Position numbers and translations under genes: made by a program
Shown: positions 1 through 11,728 of the stretch, one piece after another
How the letters are laid out: each line of letters begins with the position of its first letter
Numbering within the stretch: position 1 is the first letter of the stretch
NCBI GenBank assembly: GCA_051599415.1
Contig: AP039700.1
Span: 372,001-436,000, forward strand
Length of the DNA stretch: 64,000 nucleotides
Source of the DNA: Savitreella phatthalungensis
Lineage: Eukaryota
Direction of reading: 5' to 3'
The notes under the pieces: generated by a model
Seen by the model: only the letters and a program-made list of their open reading frames with translations
What the model was told of the DNA's origin: nothing
The model's database searches: none

Positions 1-1
1 A

Positions 2-1897
2 GCGGCCGCGGCGGACGCTCAAGGATCGAGCTCATCGACTCGTGGAGCAGCTGCACGCAGCTTCTCTACTAACCCTGCCCAGACAAGATCCGGCTCAGCG
101 GCAAGCTACTCTCCGACCTATCGGTTCAATGGGTACAGCACGCCATCGAGTTGGGAGGCGACGCGCATTGCAAATTATTCCCAGCCTGCTATCAGCAAAA
201 CGTACGCCAAGGCATACACCGCAGTCAGCAGCCTGTTTGCAAATGTCAGTACCACTGCAAGCTTTCCGAACTGGACTCCAACCCCTGCTGCCTCCGCGGT
301 ATCTGGAGGGCCAACTCCAGATGCATTCTCTCAGCTCTGGATCAATGCAGCACCGCTCAACCTGACTCGCGGATTGTACAACTCAACCGTTTCACCCACT
401 CCTGTGGCGACTGCCGCGCTTATCCGGCCGCCGCCGCTCCAATTCCCTTCAAACGACACGCTCAGGACTCCTGCAGACTTCATCTTCGGTGTTGCCGGAT
501 CTGCTTCCCAGGTCGAGGGTGCCGTCGCTGACGGAAAGGCACCGAGCGTGATGGACATGCTCTACACCTTGTTTGGTGGCAAGACGGTAGACAACTACGT
601 CATCGGATCTCACTACTACCTGTACAAGCAGGACATCAACCGTCTTGCAGCGATGGGCATCAAGGATTACTACTTTACCCTTTCCTGGACGAGAATCATG
701 CCGTTCGCCCTGCCAGGCACTCCAGTCAACCAGGAAGCCATCCAGCACTACAGTGACGTGATCGACTACTGCTTGTCGAAGGGCATCCGTCCGATGGTTG
801 CAATTACCCATTTCGACACGCCTTTGCAGTTCTACGGCGGTGGCGGTAAGGCCTTCATTCCGAGCTTCATCAGTGGTCCTCAGCCCTACGGAGCTGGTTT
901 CGGTCTCAACCTGGCGTACCAGAACAGTACGTTCGTGGACGCGTACGTGAACTACGCAAAGATCGTCCTCGCTCACTACGCCGATCGTGTGCCCCGCTGG
1001 ATCACCTTCAACGAGCCCCAGATCGGCAGTATCAACGGTGTGGCAGTCGACCACGTCATCAAGGCGCACGCACAGGTCGTACACTACTACCGCGAAACCC
1101 TCAACGGCACAGGAAAGATGTCGATGAAGATGGGCATCACCCCTGCAGTGCCACAGAACCCGAGCAACGGCAGCCACGTGCTTGCCGCTCAGACTTTCAC
1201 AGACATCTACGTCAACCCATTCCTGTATCCTCTAACACTCGGACTCGACTACCCGTCGTCCTACAAGCAGGCGATCCACGACTACGTCCCACTTTCACAA
1301 GCTGACCTGGCGTACATGAACAACACGATGGACTTTATTGCACTCGACACTTACAGCGTACCTCAGCTTACCCCAGCCACCACGGACTTTGCCTCGTGCG
1401 CGGCCGACAACACGACCGCGAACCCGCTGTACAGGTTCCCAATCTGCCTGAGGACAAACTACACGACCCAAACCGGCTGGCAGATTGGTTACACGCCAGA
1501 CGCAACCTCTCAGAACGTCGTGTTCGCGCCGCAGTTCCTCAGGGCTCAGCTGTCGTACGTTTGGAACACGTTCAAGAAGCCTGTGTTGATTGCCGAGTTT
1601 GGTCTGCCGATCCCTCCGCCCGCAGGCGGGCTGGTCAAGCCCGTGCAGTACAACACGCCGCAGTCGGAGTACCTGATCGGATACCTGCGTGAGATGCTCA
1701 AGTCGATCTCGCTCGACGGCGTCAACGTCATGGGCGCCTTTGCATGGTCGTTCATGTCCACCTGGGAATTCACCACCTACACAGAGTACGGACTCCAGTA
1801 CGTCAACCTCACAAAAGGCGCTGACCCCACCCTCCCTCGCAACTTCCGTCGCAGCATGTTCGACGCAGTCGACTACATCGAGAGCCGCCGTAACTAA
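2..1897 (+). CDS. Glycoside hydrolase family 1 (beta-glucosidase-like), 5'-partial, probably secreted
   Basis: GH1 motifs FIFGVAGSASQVEG, HYYLYKQDI, LSWTRI, ITHFDTP, TFNEP (acid/base), IAEFG (nucleophile), WEF. The frame is open from base 2 (Ser/Thr/Ala-rich), so the TTG at 374 is not the real start. Confidence 0.9.
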   Translation, partial: AAAADAQGSSSSTRGAAARSFSTNPAQTRSGSAASYSPTYRFNGYSTPSSWEATRIANYSQPAISKTYAKAYTAVSSLFANVSTTASFPNWTPTPAASAVSGGPTPDAFSQLWINAAPLNLTRGLYNSTVSPTPVATAALIRPPPLQFPSNDTLRTPADFIFGVAGSASQVEGAVADGKAPSVMDMLYTLFGGKTVDNYVIGSHYYLYKQDINRLAAMGIKDYYFTLSWTRIMPFALPGTPVNQEAIQHYSDVIDYCLSKGIRPMVAITHFDTPLQFYGGGGKAFIPSFISGPQPYGAGFGLNLAYQNSTFVDAYVNYAKIVLAHYADRVPRWITFNEPQIGSINGVAVDHVIKAHAQVVHYYRETLNGTGKMSMKMGITPAVPQNPSNGSHVLAAQTFTDIYVNPFLYPLTLGLDYPSSYKQAIHDYVPLSQADLAYMNNTMDFIALDTYSVPQLTPATTDFASCAADNTTANPLYRFPICLRTNYTTQTGWQIGYTPDATSQNVVFAPQFLRAQLSYVWNTFKKPVLIAEFGLPIPPPAGGLVKPVQYNTPQSEYLIGYLREMLKSISLDGVNVMGAFAWSFMSTWEFTTYTEYGLQYVNLTKGADPTLPRNFRRSMFDAVDYIESRRN

Positions 1898-4235
1898 AAG
1901 ATGAGGCCGTCCTTGACTCGGCCAAAGTCGTGTAGCCTTTAAATTGCTTGTAGCTGTTGCACAGCATTTCTTTTAATATTCTGCCACTATACCATCTGTT
2001 CGTCACATTCGAACTCGCTCCCCCGGGCATACGGACGACATCTGTGCGTGCCATCATACATCATCCACAGTCATTAACGAGTAATCAGGGCGAAGTCTCG
2101 ATTATATTCTAACCTTGACGGTCACTTGCGCTTGTGATGCCAGCAGTTTACACTAAATCTGTGACGGCTCAAACAGCTAATATGTAGTATGCGGCAGCAT
2201 CGGTGGCAAACCCACGTGAATCAGCCCTATCGTGATTTTGCGGGTTTGGAGTGCTTCCTATCGATGGATTCCGCCTGGATCCATTAAGTATTGAAGCGGG
2301 GCTCGATGATCAGCGGTAGGACCATGGCTTTTGAGTGGTCGGCTTCACTTCGAAGTTATCGGTAATTTTGCACTCAGTTCATGTTCTACCTATTACATCC
2401 GCTAAACGTGCTTTCAATCTTGAAGCGCAAATGTATTTGCAGATGACTTTAAGCAGCCCGTCATCAGTGCTGACGCGTCAAGCAGATCAAGAACTGGAGA
2501 CAGTCTGATGTCCTGTTACTCTCTCAATGCTGGAAAAAGTTCACGCCATTCGAATTGTCCTGTGACGTGTTGCCACGCTCTAGTAAATCTAAATTGTCAA
2601 AGCTTGAACCGATCCACGTGAGCCGTCGAAAAGCATATAAGCATACGATCCGATCAAGGACGGCAATGTTAGTTTAGTCTGTTTCGACGTCACCACGGAG
2701 TGCTTGATATGATACACATCAAGATTTGTAACGATGCAAGCCACCGATTGCTACTCCCAGCACGGTCAGCTTCTCAACTCTATCGTCGCTATGGTTTTTC
2801 TACCAGTACTTTGATGACAGATGGAATGAGGTGTATACTTGCTCGGCGTAACCACGTTGAGTAAGGGGTCCAGCTATGGAAAGATCGATCTACGAAATCC
2901 GTGCACTGTCGCAGGCCAGAAAGCTATTTCGACGGGATCATCAGTGACCTGAACGCTCAAAACAAATTCAATTGTCACAGCGCAACACGATACGCGTGCA
3001 AGTACTGGGGGGCGATAGGCCTCAAGCTTGCTTCGAGAAAGCACGTGCACTTTTGTGGTGTCTACAAGGCGATTTGTTGGACAAGTAGGTGGATCGATGG
3101 ATGATGTCCGCCATATACCTAAGAATTGGAATTGGATTTGTGGACTACTCGTAGTGCTGACGTCCCACTCGAACAGCCACGAGATGGGTCAACCAATGAA
3201 ACAAATTCTCATCTTTTAAGATTTGACGAAATCCACATGTCTTGCAGTACTGCGATTGGCTGCAAAAAGTCATTCCGCAGCGTGTATCTAACCACAGTCA
3301 GAGCCATAGATCTGGATCGATTCAATTCGGATGACCCGTGAGGAGTGAGCAGATCCATGGGCATATTTGAGGGATATTTTAGACAAGTCGAAAACTTGAC
3401 AGCTGTTCCAATTAGTCAGAATTCAGCTCGAGTCAAAGGTGAAACGATGAAGATTGGGGAGCGATTTCATCATATCAATTGTACTGAGGTCAATTGACTT
3501 GAGCAACAACAATTGACCATTTCCACTGCGATTAGAATGACAGTATGACAAAGGTGGCTATCCATGGCATCTTCCATCAACGTGAATCTGACTAGGATCA
3601 AATCCAACTGAAATAGATGTGTATCCACGATAGTATCAGCCCCGTCAGGTTCGAAAAAGGACCGAATGGTCGATTGTGACCTACCAACCATTACGATCCA
3701 GCTCTCTTGACATAGTTAGAGCTCGTTGTCTCATTACAGCTCCTAGTTCCAACCCTGCCTTCTTTTGAGCTTAGATTAGACCGCCTCAATGGCGACAGTA
3801 CAAAATAAAGAGTAACTCTGATGTGAGCCTCCCGCGCACACCCGATCTTCCCTTGTTCTAGTCACATGGCCCTCCTCTGTTCTTGACCGCCAGCAGATTC
3901 GCGGCCCCGCAAGTAAGCATCGAGATCTCAAAAATAAATCCACGCAATATTATTCACCGGCATAACCGTTTCAATATCGTCAGTCGAGCTTGTTGTCCTC
4001 AAACTACGGCACGACTTTCGCCGTCCATTCGAAGTGGGCTTCGAATCGTCAGACAGAGGCGCACGACATCTGCTTACCTTTGTCGCTCGTTCCTTCTCTC
4101 ATTCACTAGACTCAAAGCAAACAATCACAGCGATCTGCGTGCAGCCTCATGTTTCGCCCGATTTTATAGCTCTGCTGATCTGAGCTCGAACGACGAACGC
4201 CGACCCACCACGGTAGTATTCAGACTCAGCCAACC

Positions 4236-5531
4236 ATGACTGCCTCTGTTGCTCCGTTGATCACCGATGGGCCATTGCATCGACGTGCTCGTCATACGAA
4301 ATCACGGCATGGATGCACAATGTGCAAAACGCGCCACGTGAAGTGCGATCAGCAGAGGCCACAATGCTCTCGATGTGCTGCTAGTGGACGAGAATGTATC
4401 TACGAGCCACCGATGGCACGTCGGCAACGTAGAAACATCCGCTTCGCCGTCCAAACGGTCTCGAACTTTGGTGTCTCGCGCGCTGATCTGGCGCTCGAGA
4501 TGTTCATCGCCAACACGGTTCCAGAACTCGGCCTTGGCAGTTTACTATTTTCCCATCTTAGTAGGGACATGCCTTCAGTTCTGAAGAGCGTCTCATCTGC
4601 GTTGGCAATACAGCATGCCACTCCGGAACTTCCTGGCGCGCTTGTCCTCGACCAGGCTTACGCCAACGCTGTCTCATCACTTCGACAGGCTCTCTGCGGG
4701 GATCCACTTGTTGCTGCTCAAGCGTGTCTCATGATGGTCGCGCTAGAGCACATGCGCGACAGCGACGCTGCCAGACTCCATTTCGATGCGGCCGTCAACC
4801 TACTGATACAGGCGCCGAAAAGCATGCGTAGAGCGCAACTCACCGAGGTCGCTGCTGGCTTTGGTATGCAACTCCTGGTGCATCGCTTGGACCTCGACCT
4901 TTTGCATCTGCTGGTGCGACTTGACGCCAAAACGCCTGTCGTCCGTCTCGTGATAGATCTTCACGTACACGTGTCTGCGCGAGAGACCAATGCAGAGGAC
5001 ATCAGGCAGAGGATAGGTGCGCTTGAGCAGGAAGCATCGTATGAGGAGCTAGCAATTCTCAGCTTTGCTCGAATTCTACTCGGCGTGTCCCCAAGCTATC
5101 ATCAGATGACCTTTGATAGGTTTCAGCCGGAATTCGTCAATATGCTCGATCATCTCGAGAATTCGTTATCGCAGGATGAGAGTGACAAACGATACCGGGT
5201 CGAAGGACTCACCATATCAGCTCTGCTACTTGTCGTCAAGCAGTGCCGAGACGCAGCTCTGCGAGAACGCGCGATCAGTCTCATGTCACGCTGCCCGGAA
5301 CGGCAGGGACCATCATCGCGCGACCAGGCTATGCAAATTGCTCGAGCTGTGGTCGAATACGAAGGTGATGATTGCCCTGAGGAAATTCGAGCTCATCATG
5401 TCCTTCCAGGACGATCCCCAGACGGAGCAAGGCACATCGATATATTTTATCGGCCGGATCCACAAATGAGTGCATACGCTGTGCATAGAGTTGCCCTCCC
5501 CTACGTCACTAGTGAAATTGAGGGGCATTAG
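4236..5531 (+). CDS. Zn(II)2Cys6 fungal transcription factor
   Basis: HTKSRHGCTMCKTRHVKCDQQRPQCSRCAASGRECIY binuclear cluster followed by a helical fungal TF region. Confidence 0.9.
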   Translation: MTASVAPLITDGPLHRRARHTKSRHGCTMCKTRHVKCDQQRPQCSRCAASGRECIYEPPMARRQRRNIRFAVQTVSNFGVSRADLALEMFIANTVPELGLGSLLFSHLSRDMPSVLKSVSSALAIQHATPELPGALVLDQAYANAVSSLRQALCGDPLVAAQACLMMVALEHMRDSDAARLHFDAAVNLLIQAPKSMRRAQLTEVAAGFGMQLLVHRLDLDLLHLLVRLDAKTPVVRLVIDLHVHVSARETNAEDIRQRIGALEQEASYEELAILSFARILLGVSPSYHQMTFDRFQPEFVNMLDHLENSLSQDESDKRYRVEGLTISALLLVVKQCRDAALRERAISLMSRCPERQGPSSRDQAMQIARAVVEYEGDDCPEEIRAHHVLPGRSPDGARHIDIFYRPDPQMSAYAVHRVALPYVTSEIEGH

Positions 5532-5637
5532 ATATGAATATAATCAGGCACGCGACACGCCCCCATCTTTCGTAAAAGCCACCGGTGACCAGTATATGGG
5601 ATCGGTGTCACAGCACACGACACATCTCTATCCCTCT

Positions 5638-6897
5638 ATGACCGACTGGCTTTTGCCTGAGTACACAGGCGCGCACCGCGTGGGTACATGCCTGCTCGAG
5701 CGCGCGCTAGCGCCATCGAAGCACGTCGAATTGCCGTTCTGTCCGAAAGTGCGGACACTTAAATACAGAGTGTATTATCCGACCACAGCAGAACAGGGTG
5801 AGCATGCTTCGTGGGCCACACCAGAACAGGTGCGTGGCTATGCTACATTCGCAGGCTATCCGTCACTTGCGCCGACGCTAGAGCGGGCGTTCTCCTATTT
5901 TCTATCGAGTATCCGGTTGCGCGCGATTGAGGACGCACCACCTAGTCCCGGAAAGTGGCCGGTCGTTCTGTTCTCGCATGGCCTCGGCGGTACAGATACC
6001 TTGTATTCCACCGTCTGCGGCAACCTTGCCTCACACGGCGCAGTCGTCTTTGCAATTGAGCATCGCGACCACTCGGCGAGCTCCACGATCATTGCTGGTG
6101 ATGAGCATGTCGAATACTATTCTCCGGTAGACCAGACAAAGCAGGAAGCGCGTCTGAGAGCACGATACATGCTCACGCACAGGAACTACGAGCTCCGTCT
6201 GCTGTCTGGCGAGGTCTTGCGAATGGCACATCGTTGGCACCTCGATCTCGACCGGGCTAGCATTGTCGGACACAGCTTCGGTGCCGCTACCTGCGTCCAC
6301 CTTCTCGATTCGATCGGCCGAGGGCTTGCTTATGAAGACCTTGACGGTCATGAACACACATTAGAGGAGCCTCTGCATCTTCAGCTCCGCGCTGCCACCT
6401 TGCTTGATATCTGGACACAACCCCTAGGACAACTGCACCTTCCCGACATACCGGCACTGCATTTGGTTTCAACACAGTTCTCCCAGTGGCCAGATAACCA
6501 TGATCGGCTGCTCGAGTTTGCCGTCGACTCTCCGGTCGTTGTACACGATTCTCTCCATATATCCCAGTGCGATGCTGGAGTGATGTTCCCAACATTCGTT
6601 GCAACGATCAGCGGTTATCGACGATGCGCTCAGGAAATCATGCTCGAGAACGTTGAGCGCGCAGTTGACTTCATGCAACAGCATGGAGCACTCCTGCCCA
6701 GTAAATCGCCACGGGACTTATCACGGTGGGCGAAATCTCTGGAGACACAAACCAAGCAGGTGACGGACCTTCGGCTGACCGGCAAGAACACTTCACACCG
6801 TACGCGGCCGAGACTGCTGCCTCGATCGTCCCAAGCACATACGACTCGACCGCCTTCCTGGCTGCGACGTTTTTTGCAAAGTACCTTGTTGTATTAG
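5638..6897 (+). CDS. Platelet-activating-factor acetylhydrolase family (alpha/beta hydrolase)
   Basis: LPEYTG..VG, YYPT, PVVLFSHGLGG, AIEHRDHSA, GHSFG nucleophile elbow, LLDIW Asp, HISQCD His; start placed at ATG 5638. Confidence 0.85.
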   Translation: MTDWLLPEYTGAHRVGTCLLERALAPSKHVELPFCPKVRTLKYRVYYPTTAEQGEHASWATPEQVRGYATFAGYPSLAPTLERAFSYFLSSIRLRAIEDAPPSPGKWPVVLFSHGLGGTDTLYSTVCGNLASHGAVVFAIEHRDHSASSTIIAGDEHVEYYSPVDQTKQEARLRARYMLTHRNYELRLLSGEVLRMAHRWHLDLDRASIVGHSFGAATCVHLLDSIGRGLAYEDLDGHEHTLEEPLHLQLRAATLLDIWTQPLGQLHLPDIPALHLVSTQFSQWPDNHDRLLEFAVDSPVVVHDSLHISQCDAGVMFPTFVATISGYRRCAQEIMLENVERAVDFMQQHGALLPSKSPRDLSRWAKSLETQTKQVTDLRLTGKNTSHRTRPRLLPRSSQAHTTRPPSWLRRFLQSTLLY

Positions 6898-7411
6898 AGC
6901 ACACGCCGTCTCATGGTCAATGGCATGATTGTAAAGCATTTTCACAGACGTACATCTCCACTTATGAATGTTATTACAGCACAGCGGAAGCGCACGGAAG
7001 TACACATGTGATGAACCGATCCTGGCGGTGCCACCTTTCTCTCCAGCCTTTCCGTAGATGGATCCACGCATGAGCCACTTGACGTCCACGCCCATGAATC
7101 CGATGTCTTCAGCTTCGATCGATGCTGAGGGTCATTGTTATGAGGCTGGAAAATTAACGAATTCATCCAGTGACGTTCCGTCCAATCACAATCTAAGCCG
7201 AGGCAGATCCTTATCTAGAAAGAGTAAACGGCGGTCCGTCAATGAAGCTATTTGTGCTAGTGTATGAGGACAAGTCAGTCCAGCCTTCCGATCAGGCAGG
7301 TATAGGCCGACCAAAGCGCTCTAGACAGGCGCTGGACGCCGTTCGACTTTCTTTCAAGAGTCTCGGTACAAGCTATCCGCAAAGCTCAAGGGGGAGGGGA
7401 ACACGGGCGCG

Positions 7412-8599
7412 ATGGCCTCGTACGTGTCGCATACGTCGGCCATAGCCACATCGTCAGAGGAGGAAGAAGATCATATTGCGCCAGACTCAGTAGGCGTTGT
7501 GAAGACGACAAGCGACGGCGCAGGTCTCCTCGATCCAGCCATCTGGCCACACCACACCATCATCAGCGAGCCATGTAGTGTGACGACGCTAGAAAAGGAG
7601 TACGATTTCGATTCACTAGAGCGACTAGTATCGGCGGGCGAAGAGCTCGTGGAGCGCGGGGCCGCAGTCGTCGTCACAGATTGCGGATTCTCCAGCATGC
7701 AGCGGGAAGTCGCTCGGAGACTGCGCGTGCCCGTCGTGTGCTCGGCCATGGTCCAGCTCGCCAGTCTAGCAATCTCAGTTCCAGGCGGAGCCGGCGTCGT
7801 CACAATCGACAGACAGCAAATCTCACAATGGCATCTGATCCAGGTCGGCGCAGACCCAGAATTGCCAATCATCGGCATGCATCTAGACAGTCCATGGCGC
7901 GCAGACCTACCGGCATCCGTCCTGACGGGTAACCTACAGAGTCGGTACGACAAGGAGCTCGATGCGAGGCTGTTTGAAGAATTGTCTGTGGCGTGCGATG
8001 AGCTCGTCTCACGGTATCAGGTGGGGGCAATCGTGCTAGAGGAGCCCAAGTTTGCTGGGATGACATTTAGGCTGCAGCGGAGGCTGCCTGTCCGGGTGTT
8101 CGACGTGGTATCCTGCGTGGGCTGGCTTCACGCAGGTCACAGGACGCTTGCCAAACAGTCCTCAGCTATAGCATCACGGACGGCCTCGTTGACAAGCGGC
8201 AGCATGCCAGCTTCTCCACGCGCCGCCTCACGCACTGTGCAGCCAGATCCAGTCCCTTCACAGACCCTGTTCGAGCGGAGGGTGCCGTCGCTTTCGACCT
8301 CGCTCGGCCGGACTCGAGGCGGAGTGAGTGCCTTGGCAGGTGGACTCGGACAGTCGATACCCGAACACGATATCATGCCGTCGCCATCATCCTACGCAGG
8401 CAGAGTGCATCTCCAACGACACCGCAGTGGCCACTGGGGCGGTAGTACACAATATGGCTCAAGCGTCGGATCCACGCGGGTCGAAGATGCATCCATTATC
8501 AGCGACGATCTCGGCATGATGCTGTTATCGCCTACACCATCTTTTGCTCCACGCCACGAAACTGCAGAGGTGATTGCCGGCGTAGATCCAGACGTATAG
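7412..8599 (+). CDS. Asp/Glu/hydantoin racemase-like fold protein with Ser-rich C-terminal tail
   Basis: ELVERGAAVVVTDCGF..MQREVA..LRVPVVCS, GVVT, VGAIVLE, LPVRVFDVV resemble the racemase-like family. Confidence 0.65.
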   Translation: MASYVSHTSAIATSSEEEEDHIAPDSVGVVKTTSDGAGLLDPAIWPHHTIISEPCSVTTLEKEYDFDSLERLVSAGEELVERGAAVVVTDCGFSSMQREVARRLRVPVVCSAMVQLASLAISVPGGAGVVTIDRQQISQWHLIQVGADPELPIIGMHLDSPWRADLPASVLTGNLQSRYDKELDARLFEELSVACDELVSRYQVGAIVLEEPKFAGMTFRLQRRLPVRVFDVVSCVGWLHAGHRTLAKQSSAIASRTASLTSGSMPASPRAASRTVQPDPVPSQTLFERRVPSLSTSLGRTRGGVSALAGGLGQSIPEHDIMPSPSSYAGRVHLQRHRSGHWGGSTQYGSSVGSTRVEDASIISDDLGMMLLSPTPSFAPRHETAEVIAGVDPDV

Positions 8600-8878
8600 A
8601 AATATAGAGATAGAGCGGCTGATCAAGACAACGTCACACGATTTACTAATACGGTTCATCACACGCTTCACTCCTCGAGTCGGTCTGAAGGTGACAGTGC
8701 GGCAGTGGGTCATTGTGGAAAAGGCAATTGATGCATTGTGCATCCAGTGTCAGATCACGTGCATTTTTTTATCTCTGGATATTCTCGACTGAAGACCCGC
8801 GCAAAATAGCGACGCAAGACAGTGTCGAAGAAGAAGGTCCGTTGAGAGAGCACGAAGGCTGTACTCACCTGGTCGACG

Positions 8879-9454
8879 ATGTCGTCCATTACACCTGCAA
8901 AAGCATACGCATCGAAAGATGCTGTCACACTAGGCTTCAACGCGACAGGTCGGTCTGCTGTCGTAGGATTTGCAGCCTCAGCCGTCCAGAACGTCCTCGC
9001 AAAGCACAATAAAGGAGCTCTCGGTGTGTTCACGCGGTCAGGTGGAACGATCGCCATGTTCGGTATGTCTCAGGCGCTGCTGCCTTGCAACGTTGAAATG
9101 ATCTTTTACTGACTATCAATAGGTGCTATGGGTGGAGGATATTCTTTTGTTTCGGCAGCATCGAGTAATCTGCGCGAGAAGGATGATGCATGGAACGCTT
9201 TCAACGGTGGAGCAGCTGCCGGTGCGGTCATTGGGCTGTTCAAGCGCACGATGCCAGCCTTCTTCGGCTTCAGCGCAGGCACCGCCGTCCTCATGGGCCT
9301 GTTCGCATGGGCAGGCTCATCGCTCGGCGGCATCTACAGCTACATGTCACCAGAAGAGCAAGAAGCATGGAAGAAGAGCTTCTTCTCAACAGAGCAACGC
9401 CGTCCAAAGTCACAGATTCTGCAGGAGCTCGCTGCAGCACCCAGGCAAGGCTAA
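8879..9454 (+). CDS. NDUFA11: NADH:ubiquinone oxidoreductase 21.3 kDa subunit (Tim17 family); exons 8879-9062 and 9123-9454
   Basis: Intron 9063-9122 (GTATGT...CTGAC...AG) joins ASAVQNVL..GVFTRSGGTIAMFG to SNLREKDDAWN..GG..AG in frame. Confidence 0.85.
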
Positions 9455-10046
9455 ACGTTGTGTCATCACCACTCTCATCATCATCGTTGACTTTTTGTCA
9501 GCTTCGTCTGCCTAACTTTTTACATAGTCATCAATCATGCACTCAGCTGCTATAACGTCACATGAGAAGAGAGCATACCGTGCTCTGCCATCCTTGCAAT
9601 AGTGTCACACGCTTGTCGACGGTCGTCTCTACTTCCCCATATACAGAACAACCTGCATTGGCATACATCTACCGGATGTACTCTGCCCACATATGTGTTT
9701 GTAATTTTTGTGTTCGAGCAGGTGGTTTGATTGATTAAGAGATAAATTAATCGAAGCCAGTAAATGGTATATTCCTGCTATATATCTGTGCTTAATCGAA
9801 GCTTCAGTATGCAAACAATATGCAAGCTAGATCAGATACGTAGATAACGCTCAGAGAGATTGATCTACGCGGATGTACCCTCAAGGCAGGTAGACAGGTA
9901 GGCGAGCTAGCGAGCAAGTGAGCACCGACTCTGACGTCTATCCTCAAGGACGCTATACTGTTCCCGGATACTGTTCCCGGAGTGACCATTCAAGTATATA
10001 GAGTGCGCTTCTACCGCCGCCTAAGCCATATTTCCATTACCCCAAC

Positions 10047-11648
10047 ATGCCACTCTCCCTAACAGTCACGCTACCATCGGGCAAGACTTACAATCAACCT
10101 ACGGGCATCTTCTATGACAATGAGTTCCACGCCTCTCTAGATGGCAACACCTTTGAAACGATCGATCCAGCAACCGGCAAGAGTATCTGCAGCGTGCAGG
10201 AAGCACGAGAGGCAGATGTTGATGCAGCCGTTGCAGCTGCCAAACGGTGCTTTGAAACAACGCTAGATGAGGTCACGCCAGCAGAACGTGGCGAGTTGCT
10301 GAACAAGCTCGCAGATGCGGTTGAGCAACACCGTGACGTGCTTGCAGCGATCGAGAGCATGGACGGAGGTAAACCATATGCAGTCGCACACAGGGATGAT
10401 GTCGGCGAGCTCATTGGCGTACTTCGCTACTATGCAGGATTTGTATGTCGACTCGCACGACAACGTCTGAGCAGCGCTGACCTTCTAGGCTGACAAGATC
10501 CACGGCAAGACAATCGACACCGGCAAGGACCGTCTCACATACGTTCTGAAGGAGCCAATTGGCGTTTGTGGACAGGTCATCCCTTGGAACTTCCCGCTCA
10601 GCATGGCCTCCTGGAAAAGTAAGCCACCTGACGCCGTCTCGATTGTAACAACAAACTGACCTCTACAGTCGGTCCAGCATTGGCATGTGGCAATACCGTC
10701 GTGCTGAAGCCTGCAGAACAGACACCATTGAGTGTGCTCTACTTGTGCTCACTCGCAAAAGATATTCTGCCCAAAGGAATGCTGAATGTCGTCCCCGGAT
10801 TCGGCCGGCCTGCAGGAGCTCACCTTGTCGCCCATCCGGACGTCCGCAAGGTCGCGTTTACGGGCAGTACAGCAGTCGGTCGGGAGATCATGAAGCGCAA
10901 CGCAGAGTCACCGATCCTGAAGAAATTGACCTTGGAGCTGGGCGGCAAATCTCCATTGATCGTCCTGGACGACGCGGATATCGACCAAGCCGTCAAATGG
11001 GCGCATCTCGGCATGTTCTACAACCAGTCGCAGGTGTGCTGCGCAACAACCCGGATCATCGTACATGCAGGCGTGTACGATCAGTTCTGCAAGCAGTTCG
11101 TCGCCCACACAAAGGCTACCAGCACAGTCGCCCTCCCGCACACGGAGGAGTCCTTCCAGGGTCCACAGATCTCACAGGTCCAGACGGACAAGATCCTCAA
11201 ATACATACAGTCCGGCAAGGACGAAGGCGCGACTGTGCTGCTCGACGGTGGCAGGTCCACGAAAGACGACCTGAAAAACGGCTTCTTCATCGACCCTACC
11301 ATCTTCAGCGACGTGACGCCGAACATGACGATCGCGAAAGAGGAGATCTTTGGACCTGTAGCATCGATTCTGAAAGCATCCTCTCTCGAAGAGGCAGTCA
11401 AAATCGCCAACGACACCAGCTACGGCCTCGGCGCTGCTGTGTTCTCGCAGAACATTCGTCGCGCTCATCAGGTCGCTCGGAAGCTCCAGGCGGGTCAGGT
11501 ATGGATTAACTCGTCCAACGACGGAGCTCCGTCGATTCCCTTCGGCGGATACAAGAACTCCGGAATCGGCCGAGAGCTCGGCGAGTATGCACTTGACAAC
11601 TACACAGAGACCAAGGCAGTCATGGTCAACCTCGGCGTCGACTTGTAG
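10047..11648 (+). CDS. NAD(P)-dependent aldehyde dehydrogenase; exons 10047-10442, 10489-10618, 10669-11648
   Basis: Introns 10443-10488 and 10619-10668 restore [26 protein letters not shown] and [35 protein letters not shown], catalytic Cys in [21 protein letters not shown]. Confidence 0.95.
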
Positions 11649-11728
11649 TCGGACCTAGTCTGGATACGTGAATGCGTTACTTTTCATTACGTGACGTGAG
11701 AACAGTGGACTGGAATGAACTTGGCAGG

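Noticed and set aside
2202..2210. GGTGGCAAA (Rpn4/PACE element)
   Set aside because: Single hit, far from RPN3 and 2 kb from the next start codon; compatible with chance
5470..5637. Apparent overlap of the PAF-acetylhydrolase ORF with the transcription factor 3' end
   Set aside because: Artefact of a GTG start call; family similarity begins at ATG 5638
4236..11648. Possible metabolic cluster (transcription factor, hydrolase, racemase-like protein, ALDH)
   Set aside because: Interrupted by a complex I subunit gene, with no coherent pathway or backbone enzyme
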